Shown piece after piece: positions 43,298-52,744 of a DNA stretch of 64,000 bases. Within the stretch, counting starts at the first letter, position 1, and each line of letters opens with the position of its first letter. Position numbers and translations under genes: made by a program. The DNA is taken from IMG/VR virus record IMGVR_UViG_3300044684_000161, positions 1 through 64,000 of that record. One strand, written 5' to 3'. Source of the stretch: a virus. Below the pieces are notes generated by a model. It searched no databases, was not told the origin of the DNA, and saw nothing but the letters and a program-made list of their open reading frames with translations.

Positions 43298-44134
43298 ATG
43301 ATCGCGATGCTGGAACCCCTATCGGTTGGCAATGCTGTCCGGGTGATTCTCAGTCCCCCGGTGGGGATGCTCTATTGGAACGTTCTGCGCAACACGACAG
43401 GGACGTTTCCGAGCGCGACAGATCCGAATTCCGTGCTGGTCTCCCAGGGCAACGAATCATCGGTCGTAGATACGACCGGCCTCGTGAACGGCACGAAGTA
43501 TTACTACTGCGCCTTCTATTGGAATGGCTCAGTGTGGACGGCAGATACACCGGCCAGCGTCACGCCGAACGCAACCTATCAGGACGGCAGCACTGATGCA
43601 CTGTCCGTGGTTCGTGATCGGCTTGCGGCAGGTTTAGCGGTAGAAATATCGCGAGGGGCGCTGACGCCTCTGTCTGGCGCAATCCAAGTTCTGACTGCGC
43701 CGCCTGTATTTCAGGACACTCGCTGGCCCGTAGTAACGGTCCATTTGCTGTCTGAAACGCCAGCCGAGCGCGCACTCGGTGAAGTCTTCCCGGCACCCGC
43801 GCAAGACATAACGGCGAGTGCACTGTGGGACGAGAGCGAAGGATGGCTCGCGCGCGTGCAACTCGCGGTGATCGGATGGTCGCAGAACCCGGACGAGCGG
43901 ATTGCGATTCGCCAAGCATTGCGGCGGCTCGTCGTCGCGAACCTGTCGGTGTTCGATTCGAAAGGAATGATCGAGATCGAGTTCACGCAACAGGACGTGG
44001 ATGCGGTGAGCGGAGAGTATCCCGCCAACGTGTATCAGTCGGCCGGTACGTTTACTTGCATGGCACCGGTCATCGTCGGCGATCAGGTCGGCGAATTCTC
44101 GGATGTGCAAGTAACTGGAACATCGCTTCGTTGA
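43298..44134 (+). CDS. Putative tail terminator with an N-terminal fn3-like domain
   Basis: VDTTGLVNGTKYYY; WPVVTV; directly upstream of the sheath region. Confidence 0.65.
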   Translation: MIAMLEPLSVGNAVRVILSPPVGMLYWNVLRNTTGTFPSATDPNSVLVSQGNESSVVDTTGLVNGTKYYYCAFYWNGSVWTADTPASVTPNATYQDGSTDALSVVRDRLAAGLAVEISRGALTPLSGAIQVLTAPPVFQDTRWPVVTVHLLSETPAERALGEVFPAPAQDITASALWDESEGWLARVQLAVIGWSQNPDERIAIRQALRRLVVANLSVFDSKGMIEIEFTQQDVDAVSGEYPANVYQSAGTFTCMAPVIVGDQVGEFSDVQVTGTSLR

Positions 44135-44138
44135 GAGG

Positions 44139-44363
44139 ATGAGTATGGCGAACAAAGATACGACCGCAGTCGCGCAGGCGTCGGTCGAGAGCCCCGAAGT
44201 GACGCTCGATGAGTTCTGTACGCGCCTGTCGGACCGCAAGGTCGACGGTCGTGTCGAACTCATCCACGGCTTCGCTTTCACCGAGCGCAAGGCGGGGCAC
44301 ATCAAGGACACTGAATCGAACTTTCAGGCTCGGTTCATGGCTTACGCAAACCAACCGGTCTGA
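44139..44363 (+). CDS. Hypothetical protein
   Basis: GAGGA RBS; small gene preceding the sheath. Confidence 0.7.
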   Translation: MSMANKDTTAVAQASVESPEVTLDEFCTRLSDRKVDGRVELIHGFAFTERKAGHIKDTESNFQARFMAYANQPV

Positions 44364-44372
44364 GGATAAAAG

Positions 44373-46112
44373 ATGGCCTACTTCTTCAATGGTCGCCTTT
44401 GGATCTCGCCCGCCACGATGTCGGTGGTCGACGATTCCGCAATGGCGAACCAAAATCTGAGCGTCGGCAACAACGTCGCCTATCTCGGCCTCGCGACCGG
44501 TGGTCAGCCGAACACGGTGTTGGCGTTCGGCAGCCCGCAACAGGCGCAGGCGGTTCTGCGTAGCGGCGAATTGCTGACGGCCGTCATGAAGGCTTTCTCG
44601 CCGAGTGACGAGACCGGCGGTCCGGCTACGGTGTACGCGATTCGCGTTAATCCAGCCGTGCAGGCGGCGCTGACGCTGAATGACTCGACGAGCGCGGCGG
44701 CGATCAACCTGACCTCGGCCGACTGGGGCGCATGGACGAACCAGATCCAGGTCAAAATCCAAGCCGGTTCGGTGCAGGGTCTGCAGGCCACGACGCAGTA
44801 TGGCAGCAGCTACTACACGCAGGACAACATCTACCGCAACGCGTTCTCAATCCAGTACAGCGGAGCGGCAGCATCGGCCGTCATGACGATCACGGGAACG
44901 ACGGTGACGCTGCAGGCCCCGAGCGGCACGACCGTATCGACGCTAGATCTGACGCAACTCACGACGGTCCAGTTGCTCGTGAATGCGATCAACGTCGTGC
45001 CGGGCTTCGCGGCAACGGTGCTCAACGCAAACGGTCAGACGGCTGCGCTGAACGGTCTCGACTACGTGACCAATCAGGACGTGAAGACGGCGCTTTACAC
45101 GGCCACCGCGAACCTCCAGGCGCTCATCGACTGGTTCAATGGCCCGTCTCAAGGGTATGTGACGGCAGCGCGCGCGACGAACGCCGGTAAGGTGCCGGTT
45201 GCGATCCCGTTCACGCCGCTGGCTGGCGGTTCCGATGGCACGACGACCAATACCAACTGGTCCAACGCGTTCACCACGCTCCAGAGCGCGGACGTGCAGT
45301 GGCTCACGCCGATCACTGGCGATCAGTCGATCGTCGCGATGGCGGATGCGCACGCGCAGTACATGTCGTCTACCGGCCGCATGGAACGGCGCGCTATCTG
45401 CGGCACTGTGCTCGGTACGACGGACTCAACGGCCGAAACGGACGCGCTTGCCATCAACAGCGATCGCACGTCGCTCGTGCATATCGGGTACTACGACTAC
45501 GACATCACGAATCAGGTGACGGGCCTGCAGTTGTATTCACCGTACCTGACGGCGGCGATTATCGCCGCGATGTTCGCCGGTTCGAATCCCGGGACGCCGA
45601 TGACGAACAAGTCGATGTCGGTCCGTGGGCTTGAGCGAAAATTGCGCAATCCGACAGACACCGATCCGCTGATCCTGGCTGGCGTGCTACCGGTCGAAGC
45701 GACGAAGACGGGCTACAAGGTCGTCAAGTCGATTTCGACCTGGCTGAACAACAAGAACTACAACCGCGTCGAGCAGTCGGTGGGGGCGGCACTGGACTTC
45801 ACGGTGCGCAACGTGCGCAATGCGCTCGACATCCTGCGCGGCCAGACGGCGACGTCGGTCAATATGTCGCGCGCGGTCAGCATCACGGACACGCAACTAC
45901 GCCAGCTTGCGCAGCCCGCTCCGGCAGGTCCTGGCGTGCTGACTGGCGATGCTGCGAACCCGGCGTACAAGAACATCACGGCGAGCATCAATGGCGACGT
46001 GCTGGCCGTCTCGTTCCAGTGCTCTCCGGTACTGCCGATCAACTACATCCCCGTCACCGTGTTCGCGGTTCCGTTCAGCGGCACAGCGACGACGACTGCG
46101 GCTGCGGCATAA
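44373..46112 (+). CDS. Contractile tail sheath protein
   Basis: GLATGGQPN, LAGGSDG, PMTNK, PVLPINYI. Confidence 0.92.
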   Translation: MAYFFNGRLWISPATMSVVDDSAMANQNLSVGNNVAYLGLATGGQPNTVLAFGSPQQAQAVLRSGELLTAVMKAFSPSDETGGPATVYAIRVNPAVQAALTLNDSTSAAAINLTSADWGAWTNQIQVKIQAGSVQGLQATTQYGSSYYTQDNIYRNAFSIQYSGAAASAVMTITGTTVTLQAPSGTTVSTLDLTQLTTVQLLVNAINVVPGFAATVLNANGQTAALNGLDYVTNQDVKTALYTATANLQALIDWFNGPSQGYVTAARATNAGKVPVAIPFTPLAGGSDGTTTNTNWSNAFTTLQSADVQWLTPITGDQSIVAMADAHAQYMSSTGRMERRAICGTVLGTTDSTAETDALAINSDRTSLVHIGYYDYDITNQVTGLQLYSPYLTAAIIAAMFAGSNPGTPMTNKSMSVRGLERKLRNPTDTDPLILAGVLPVEATKTGYKVVKSISTWLNNKNYNRVEQSVGAALDFTVRNVRNALDILRGQTATSVNMSRAVSITDTQLRQLAQPAPAGPGVLTGDAANPAYKNITASINGDVLAVSFQCSPVLPINYIPVTVFAVPFSGTATTTAAAA

Positions 46113-46126
46113 GGAGGTAACGGAAC

Positions 46127-46552
46127 ATGGCAACGCAGAACCTGAAAACCCGCTCCGGTAACCGGATCATCCCGACTTTCGATGGGAAGATCATCGGGGC
46201 GATCCAGTCGGTCCGCATGTCGGACGACTACGCTCCCGAGGCGATGTCCGGCATCGGAGATATCCACGCTCAGGAATACGTGCCTTCGATGGCACGCCAT
46301 ACCCTGACCGTGAGTCAGATGGTGCTGAACACCGGGTCGATGCGACAGGCAGGAATCGCGGCGCAGAATGGCGACGACGTGCTACAGGGCTTGGTGTTCG
46401 ACATCGAGGTCTATTCGAAGGACGACGGCACGCTTTTGCGCAAGTACGTTGGCTGTTCGTATGCCTCTGGAGATGTGGATATCAACAAGCACGCTATCGT
46501 TATGTCGTCCGGGACGTTCAACGCGCTCGACGTAGTAGGAACGAGCATCTAA
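46127..46552 (+). CDS. Tail tube protein
   Basis: AGGAGG RBS; GIGDIHAQEYVP; follows the sheath. Confidence 0.88.
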   Translation: MATQNLKTRSGNRIIPTFDGKIIGAIQSVRMSDDYAPEAMSGIGDIHAQEYVPSMARHTLTVSQMVLNTGSMRQAGIAAQNGDDVLQGLVFDIEVYSKDDGTLLRKYVGCSYASGDVDINKHAIVMSSGTFNALDVVGTSI

Positions 46553-46642
46553 CGCGCCCCAGGCGCGTCGGGACACTAGCATGTGGGTGTCCACCCCGGG
46601 GCCGCTTTCGGGCGGCCCTCTTCTTTGCACCGGAGACTTTTC

Positions 46643-47008
46643 ATGACGCGGCTACCCAACAGCACCGACTTTCAGATCACAATCGACGACATCGGAACGT
46701 TCACGTTCGGTCGTCGACGCATGCGTGATGAACTCGCGATCGCGGCTGAGTTCTCGCGGCTGACCGAAGGCGTAGAAACGCCGACGCCGTTCCTCGCCAA
46801 CGTTGCCGGCTGGATCTCGGTGCTCAAGGTCCTCACCGTTGAGGCCCCGGAAGGATGGGACATCGATGCGATGGATCCGCTCGACGACGACACCTACGCC
46901 AAACTCGTGAAGGTACATGTCGCCCTTCGCGAAAAGGAGGGCTCTTTTCGAAGCGGATCGAAGCAAGCGAGCGAAGCGGACGGGCAGGGAGTTAGCGCAG
47001 ACGCTTGA
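46643..47008 (+). CDS. Tail assembly chaperone (G)
   Basis: GGAG RBS; VEAPEGW; lies between tube and tape measure. Confidence 0.8.
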   Translation: MTRLPNSTDFQITIDDIGTFTFGRRRMRDELAIAAEFSRLTEGVETPTPFLANVAGWISVLKVLTVEAPEGWDIDAMDPLDDDTYAKLVKVHVALREKEGSFRSGSKQASEADGQGVSADA

Positions 47009-47246
47009 GTTCTGGTATCGGCGCACATACCAGCTTGCGCCGACCGATCCGCGTTTCCTCGATAGCACGATCGAGCAAATCGAGACGGAGTATTGGGCGC
47101 ACTACTACCTCAAGAATCCGGCTAAAGAAGAAGTCGAAGATGATGACTTCGATATCGATGCGGAAATCGCGCGCATCAATGCGGAGAACGAAGCGCGCGG
47201 GCGTGATGACTGGGAAACGGTAATCGACCACAACGGACAAGCATGA
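46947..47246 (+). CDS. Tail assembly chaperone extension (T), probably reached by +1 frameshift
   Basis: No convincing own start; +1 frame overlaps G at TCT-TTT-CGA; WYRRTYQLAPTDPRFLD. Confidence 0.7.
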   Translation, partial: FEADRSKRAKRTGRELAQTLEFWYRRTYQLAPTDPRFLDSTIEQIETEYWAHYYLKNPAKEEVEDDDFDIDAEIARINAENEARGRDDWETVIDHNGQA

Positions 47247-49930
47247 GCGGTGTACAGATACCAGTTGAGGCAAAGCTCAACGACGGCGATCTCGATGCGG
47301 AGTTGTCGAAACTCACAGAGAAGATCAACCGTGTCGGGCAGTCCATCGCGCAAGCGAACAAGGTCAAATTCAATCCGGTCTCGCGAGCGACCCTCGACGA
47401 CCTGAAGCGCATCACGGCGCAGTTCGAGGCGATGAAGAAAGCATCGCCTAACTTCGCGCGAGAAATCAGCGGCAGCGGGCAGGGGCGAAAGTCATTCCTC
47501 GACCTTGATTGGAACATGATGGTCGGGAACGCCGTAGCGCGGGAGGCTCGGCGCTTCGCGGCATTCAACAAAATTGTTGGATTTACAGGTGCTGGTTTCA
47601 CTGCGCCGGGAGGCGTCTCCTATGTAGGAGGGGGCGTCTCATTTCCTGCTGCTCCGAACTATGGGCCGGGAGGAAATCCTTGGTGGAATGCTGGACGACA
47701 AGTCGTCGGCGCAGGACTTAAATCGATTGGTCCCGTTGGAAACGTCGCTAACAATGCGCTATCGGCAGGCCTGACGGGCGGCATCACGGCCGGCCTCGCC
47801 GGTCTGGCGGGTGGACTCGTCGCGATTGGCATCAGCAAGGCGATCGGCGCGGTTGGCGCGAAGGTTGGTGCCGCGCAAAACGACATGATCGGCTACGACA
47901 CTCTCAAGCGCATGCTTGGCGATGTGAATGTCGGGTTCGATACGCTGCGTCGCAGCCTGCATGCCTCGTCGGATGCGATCGACGTGAATTACCAGGAAGT
48001 GCAGAAACTCGGCAAAGAATTCACGCACATCTCCGGGATCTCGGGCGACGCGGCCAAGTCACTCGCTGAGGAAGTGCGCGTCGGCGGCGGCTTCGGCCGC
48101 TCGTTCGGCGTCGATCCGAGCCAGTCGAACGCGTTCTTTGCGCAGATGCGCCAGTTCCGCATCACCTCGAACGAGAGCGATAGCCGGAAACTCGCGCTTT
48201 ACATCGGCGAGGCGATCGCAAAGAGCGGAGCCTTTGCCAAGGCGGATGAGATGCTGCAGGCGATCTCGTCCTATGCCTCTCAACAAACGAGACTCGGCCT
48301 GACGGCGGCGAATGTCGGCGATTACTCGGGTCTGCTCGCTGGATTCGTGGGATCTAAGACGCCAGGTCTTGACCCCGCTGGCGCGGCGCAATTGCTTTCG
48401 CGCGTCAATGGCGCGTTCCTGAGCGGCGGCAGCGCCGGGGAAGCGGGGCAGAACTTCATGTACATGGCGATCGGGCGTCAGCTTGGTCTGGACCCGATTC
48501 AATCGGCCCTCCTGCGCGAGCAGGGGGCGTTCGGCACCGGTGCGGGGACGTTTGGGAAAGGATCGCTGTACTCTCAATTTGCCAGCAAATTCCACCTAAA
48601 CACGCCAGGCACAGCGGCCAACTCACGCGAGACCAATCTGCAATTCGTCATGCGCCGCATGCAATCGGTCTATGGCGGGAACCCGGAACTCATGCTCAGT
48701 GCGATGTCGAACCTTTTCGGCATCGGGACCAATCAAGCGATGGCGCTCGCTACGATCGGCCCGGACAAACTCGGCGGGTTGCAGCAGGCCCTCTCGTCAA
48801 GCGGCGTCGACCTTACGAAGATGTCAGCGACCGGCATATCCGCGCTCGCGCAAATCGTCGGCGGCAATCGCGACGTGCTGAACGCCCAAGCGAGCGCGTT
48901 GCGGCCGCGCCTGACAGCCGATGAAGCACGCGGGCTCGATGCGGCTCAAGGCGGGGGCGATATCGAGAAACTGCGCAGCACGCTCGTGCAGTTGACCGCC
49001 AAGTACGGCCAGGAGGAAACCGAAGGGCAGCAGACGCGCAAGTCGATCCAGGATCTCGACAAGGACCTGATGGACGCGGCCTCAAAGATGATCGGGCCGC
49101 TGAACACCATGCGCGACACGCTGCTCTACGCCTTCGGCAATCGCGGAAGTATGACGGCCGAGGATATGCACAATGCGGTCGTCGAAGCGCAGCGCAAGCA
49201 CGTCAATGACGAGGCGGACGCACGCATCTCGAAAGCTCGCGGGCAACTCAGTGCGGTTAGTGCCGTGGACGATTTCGGGCGCCCGATCTATCCGAAGGAG
49301 CAGCAACAAGCCTATGAGAACCTGCAGTCTGAGACGGCTGCCGCAAACAAGGTGCGCGCGAACAAGCTGGCGGCGATCGCGGGGCCTGGCTTACTCCGGG
49401 ATTTGGCTGAGACCGATCGAATCGTTGGCCTGACGCCTGGAACTTCAGCCGCGCAGATAATGCAGGAAAGCTCGTTTGATCCGAACGCACGCAGCACGCG
49501 CGGCGCTATGGGATTGGCGCAAGTCATGCCGTCAACGCTAAAGGCGCTTGAAAAGCGGCTCGGCCGCACGCTTGACCCTGATGACCCGCGTGATGCCGTT
49601 CTGATTCAACGCGAACTCATGCGCGAGAACATGGCGAAATTCGGCAACCAAGCCGACGCACTGCGCGCCTACAACTCGGGATGGGATAAGTCGAAATGGA
49701 ATAATTCCGAGACGAACGACTACGTGTCGAAGATCGGTGGATACACGCCGTATTTCGCGGGCACGCCACTGCCTGACGGAGGTCAGGCGGCCTCTGCGGG
49801 CGATCCTCACAAGCAATGGTTCGCCTTCGAGCACAACATCACTTTGCAATACCCGAACGGACAGCCGGCGGCGCCGGCGGCCACGGTGACTAAGCAGGTC
49901 AATGCGCCGATGGCGTTCGGGGTGATGTAA
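47243..49930 (+). CDS. Tape measure protein with a C-terminal lytic transglycosylase (SLT) domain
   Basis: Ala/Gly-rich helical body; QESSFDPNARSTRGAMGLAQVMP..AYNSG..ETNDYV. Confidence 0.9.
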   Translation: MSGVQIPVEAKLNDGDLDAELSKLTEKINRVGQSIAQANKVKFNPVSRATLDDLKRITAQFEAMKKASPNFAREISGSGQGRKSFLDLDWNMMVGNAVAREARRFAAFNKIVGFTGAGFTAPGGVSYVGGGVSFPAAPNYGPGGNPWWNAGRQVVGAGLKSIGPVGNVANNALSAGLTGGITAGLAGLAGGLVAIGISKAIGAVGAKVGAAQNDMIGYDTLKRMLGDVNVGFDTLRRSLHASSDAIDVNYQEVQKLGKEFTHISGISGDAAKSLAEEVRVGGGFGRSFGVDPSQSNAFFAQMRQFRITSNESDSRKLALYIGEAIAKSGAFAKADEMLQAISSYASQQTRLGLTAANVGDYSGLLAGFVGSKTPGLDPAGAAQLLSRVNGAFLSGGSAGEAGQNFMYMAIGRQLGLDPIQSALLREQGAFGTGAGTFGKGSLYSQFASKFHLNTPGTAANSRETNLQFVMRRMQSVYGGNPELMLSAMSNLFGIGTNQAMALATIGPDKLGGLQQALSSSGVDLTKMSATGISALAQIVGGNRDVLNAQASALRPRLTADEARGLDAAQGGGDIEKLRSTLVQLTAKYGQEETEGQQTRKSIQDLDKDLMDAASKMIGPLNTMRDTLLYAFGNRGSMTAEDMHNAVVEAQRKHVNDEADARISKARGQLSAVSAVDDFGRPIYPKEQQQAYENLQSETAAANKVRANKLAAIAGPGLLRDLAETDRIVGLTPGTSAAQIMQESSFDPNARSTRGAMGLAQVMPSTLKALEKRLGRTLDPDDPRDAVLIQRELMRENMAKFGNQADALRAYNSGWDKSKWNNSETNDYVSKIGGYTPYFAGTPLPDGGQAASAGDPHKQWFAFEHNITLQYPNGQPAAPAATVTKQVNAPMAFGVM

Positions 49931-51447
49931 TGGTCGGTCGCGTCAAAATCTATCAGCCGAGCGTGAGCGTCACGCTCTACAAAACGATCAGTCGCACGAC
50001 GCTCGACAACGGCACGCCGGTTTCGCAGCGGTTTCAGGGGACCGCGCACACAATCGATCTAACACCGTTTCTTGGTGAGAACAGCGTATTGCGGACATCG
50101 AAGTCCGTCCGCGAGGCGGCTGGCGGCTTCAGCCTGACGCTCGCGGATAAGCCATACAAGGGAAACTACGCCGGCGCCACCACGCTCGAGAGTCTGTATG
50201 GACTCGTTGAGCCGATGGATTTCATCGAAATCCGCATGCGTCATGATCCTCCGTCCTCGCAGGGACAGAAGCCGACAATCATCATGCGCGGGTTCGTCTC
50301 GGAGATCACGCGCAGCGAGTCGATGGGCTCAGACGGGCGCCCGCAGCGCTTCGTCATCATCAACGGCCAGGACTACGGGAAACTGTGGCAGATGCTGCAG
50401 ATCATCTACCTTCCTGGCTACGTCATCGGCGAAGACATAATTTCGGGGTTCAAGCTGTTTGAGCGCTTCGGAGGCGCCGTCAACATCCTCAAGTCGGCCG
50501 ACTTCGTCACGCAGATCATTCAGACCATCCTCAACCCGTATCTCGCCAATCTGATGCCGAGCAATTCTCCGAATCCGGCGACGATCCAGTTGGATATGAC
50601 GGTCTCGCATGGAGTAACCAGCATACAGGGACCGCAGAACCAGGAGGGCTCGATCTACAACCTGCTTCGCACATATGGCGACGTGGGGATTTGGAACGAG
50701 CTCTATCTCGATGATCGGGAGGATGGCGTCTACTGCGTCTATCGACCAGTGCCAGCGCTTGATGCAAGCGGCAACCTGATCCAGTCGGACGCACCGAATC
50801 CTGTGTATTGGGATCTGCCCGACACTGACGTGATTAGCCTCAATGTGTCGCGATCGGATGCGAACGTCGCGAATTATTACTGGGTGCGCGCGCCGCGCTT
50901 CGATTTGGTCGACAGCCTATATCAGCAGCAATTCGCGATTCAAGGAGCGGCCGCCGATACCGTGTTGCTCGGGACCTATGCGAATTCGTCGTCCAACCTT
51001 TACGGAACGCGCGTCATGTACGGCGAGACGCAGCAAGGCGGCGATGAAGTGGGTTCGATGGCGAGCGGGCTGCCTAAAGCGCAGCAGGCAACTCGCAACG
51101 CTTCGATGGCGAATTGGACCGCTGATCGCCGCGCGATCATGGTCAACCAAAACAAGGACAATGTGCTGTTTGAACGTGGCGCAATCCGAGTGCGTGGGAA
51201 CGAGAATATCAAGGCCGGCATGTATGTTCGCCTGCGGCGCGGCCAGTTCCGCTCAAGCTATTACGTCGTCCAAGTCGACCACGAATTCATCCCGTTTCAG
51301 GGATTCTTTTCTACGCTGATCGTCGAGCGCGGCACCGGCTTCATCGAGCGAGCCAAACGCAACGGCAGCGGCGGTGATTCGCCATACTTGGCGGAAATGG
51401 CGCCGACGCCCTCTCTTTCTGATCTTGTGAGTAGCGGCAATGGCTAG
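49930..51447 (+). CDS. Baseplate hub/tail protein
   Basis: Synteny; IMRGFV, GQDYGK, NELY, YYVVQVDHEF. Confidence 0.75.
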   Translation: MVGRVKIYQPSVSVTLYKTISRTTLDNGTPVSQRFQGTAHTIDLTPFLGENSVLRTSKSVREAAGGFSLTLADKPYKGNYAGATTLESLYGLVEPMDFIEIRMRHDPPSSQGQKPTIIMRGFVSEITRSESMGSDGRPQRFVIINGQDYGKLWQMLQIIYLPGYVIGEDIISGFKLFERFGGAVNILKSADFVTQIIQTILNPYLANLMPSNSPNPATIQLDMTVSHGVTSIQGPQNQEGSIYNLLRTYGDVGIWNELYLDDREDGVYCVYRPVPALDASGNLIQSDAPNPVYWDLPDTDVISLNVSRSDANVANYYWVRAPRFDLVDSLYQQQFAIQGAAADTVLLGTYANSSSNLYGTRVMYGETQQGGDEVGSMASGLPKAQQATRNASMANWTADRRAIMVNQNKDNVLFERGAIRVRGNENIKAGMYVRLRRGQFRSSYYVVQVDHEFIPFQGFFSTLIVERGTGFIERAKRNGSGGDSPYLAEMAPTPSLSDLVSSGNG

Positions 51448-52315
51448 CCTGCGCTGGGGCCGCGTCGCGGCGATTCATCCTGAAGACTACTCAGTCGACT
51501 TAGTCATGACCGATGACGGCTCGCAGCTTGCCGGCGTTCAAGTGCTTACGCCTCATGCGAGCACGAACAGCGGCTCAAATTGCCTGCCTCAACCATCGAC
51601 GCCGGCGAGTGGCAACGTATGGGACTTGACCGAGGCGACTGACCGCGACGTGCTCGCTGGCGTGGCATTCTTTGGGCAATACCCGGTCGTCATCGGCTTT
51701 CGGTATCCCCAGGTCTGTCAGATGCTATTCACTGACCTGCAGCGCGCGATCAACCGGCATCCGTCCGATTTCTATACGTCGACCGACGCGGCGGCCAACT
51801 TCGAGGCGTACCATCCGAGCGGCACGTATTTCCGCATCGGCGCATCGTCTGCACACGAAGACCTGACGGGCAAGGACTTCGACGGTAACTGGAAGATCAC
51901 GAAGAACACATCGAGCGCGCCGCACGTGCATCTGACGGTCGCCAATGCGGGTTCACCCGTGGCAAGCGTCGACATCGATTCGAACGGAAACGTCTCGCTC
52001 CAGTGCAACGGCAATCTGTCGGCGACGGTCGGCGGCAACGTGACGGCCAACGTTCAGGGCACCGTCACGGGGACCGTGCAAGGCGCGGTAACGCTCAATG
52101 CATCAGCGGGAACGACGATCAATGGTCCTCTCACCGTGAATGGACTCTTCACGTTCACGAAAGGCATGGCGGGTTCGGGTGGGACTGGCTCGACGGCGAC
52201 AATCACCGGCAACGTCACGGTCACGAGCGGCGAAGTGACGGTCGACGGCATTGGCGTGAAGGCGCACCATCACGACGATCCGCAGGGCGGTGAGACGAGT
52301 GCCGCGCGAGCGTAA
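51440..52315 (+). CDS. Baseplate central spike (GpV/gp45-like)
   Basis: N-terminal OB-like GRVAAI, beta-helix repeats, C-terminal KAHHHDDPQGG iron-binding tip. Confidence 0.85.
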   Translation: MASLRWGRVAAIHPEDYSVDLVMTDDGSQLAGVQVLTPHASTNSGSNCLPQPSTPASGNVWDLTEATDRDVLAGVAFFGQYPVVIGFRYPQVCQMLFTDLQRAINRHPSDFYTSTDAAANFEAYHPSGTYFRIGASSAHEDLTGKDFDGNWKITKNTSSAPHVHLTVANAGSPVASVDIDSNGNVSLQCNGNLSATVGGNVTANVQGTVTGTVQGAVTLNASAGTTINGPLTVNGLFTFTKGMAGSGGTGSTATITGNVTVTSGEVTVDGIGVKAHHHDDPQGGETSAARA

Positions 52316-52319
52316 CCGA

Positions 52320-52652
52320 CTATCTCGCGGCCTCGACAAGCTTGAGTGCGATCTCACACGTGGATTGCCCGCGCGCCATCGCGATGGTATCCGTGCGCCC
52401 GGTGGGATCTACCATCAGCGCCATGTCGGGGCCGTTGTAGCGGAGGCGTGATGCCTCGCCGGAGGCGATCGCAAGGCGCTGGATGTCCTCTGGCGCATTT
52501 GCGCCGGGCATCGCCACATTCAGTGCGACGCATCCACCAGCGCTAGGAGCAACGATATACCATGCTCGATCCACTCCATGGGAGTTGTCCTGAGCATGAG
52601 CGGCTGTCGCGAAGGAGATCAAGGCGGCAGCAATCAAAATGAGGGGTTTCAT
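52320..52652 (-). CDS. Small secreted protein (moron)
   Basis: Signal peptide MKPLILIAAALISFATAAHA; GGAG RBS; opposite strand. Confidence 0.7.
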   Translation of the reverse strand: MKPLILIAAALISFATAAHAQDNSHGVDRAWYIVAPSAGGCVALNVAMPGANAPEDIQRLAIASGEASRLRYNGPDMALMVDPTGRTDTIAMARGQSTCEIALKLVEAAR

Positions 52653-52744
52653 TAACCATCTCCAAAGTTCTTGCTGTCTTCAGCATAGTACATGTCTCGT
52701 AAATGATCAAATAACGCGTGTTGTCGTGACGCCACAATGGCGGC

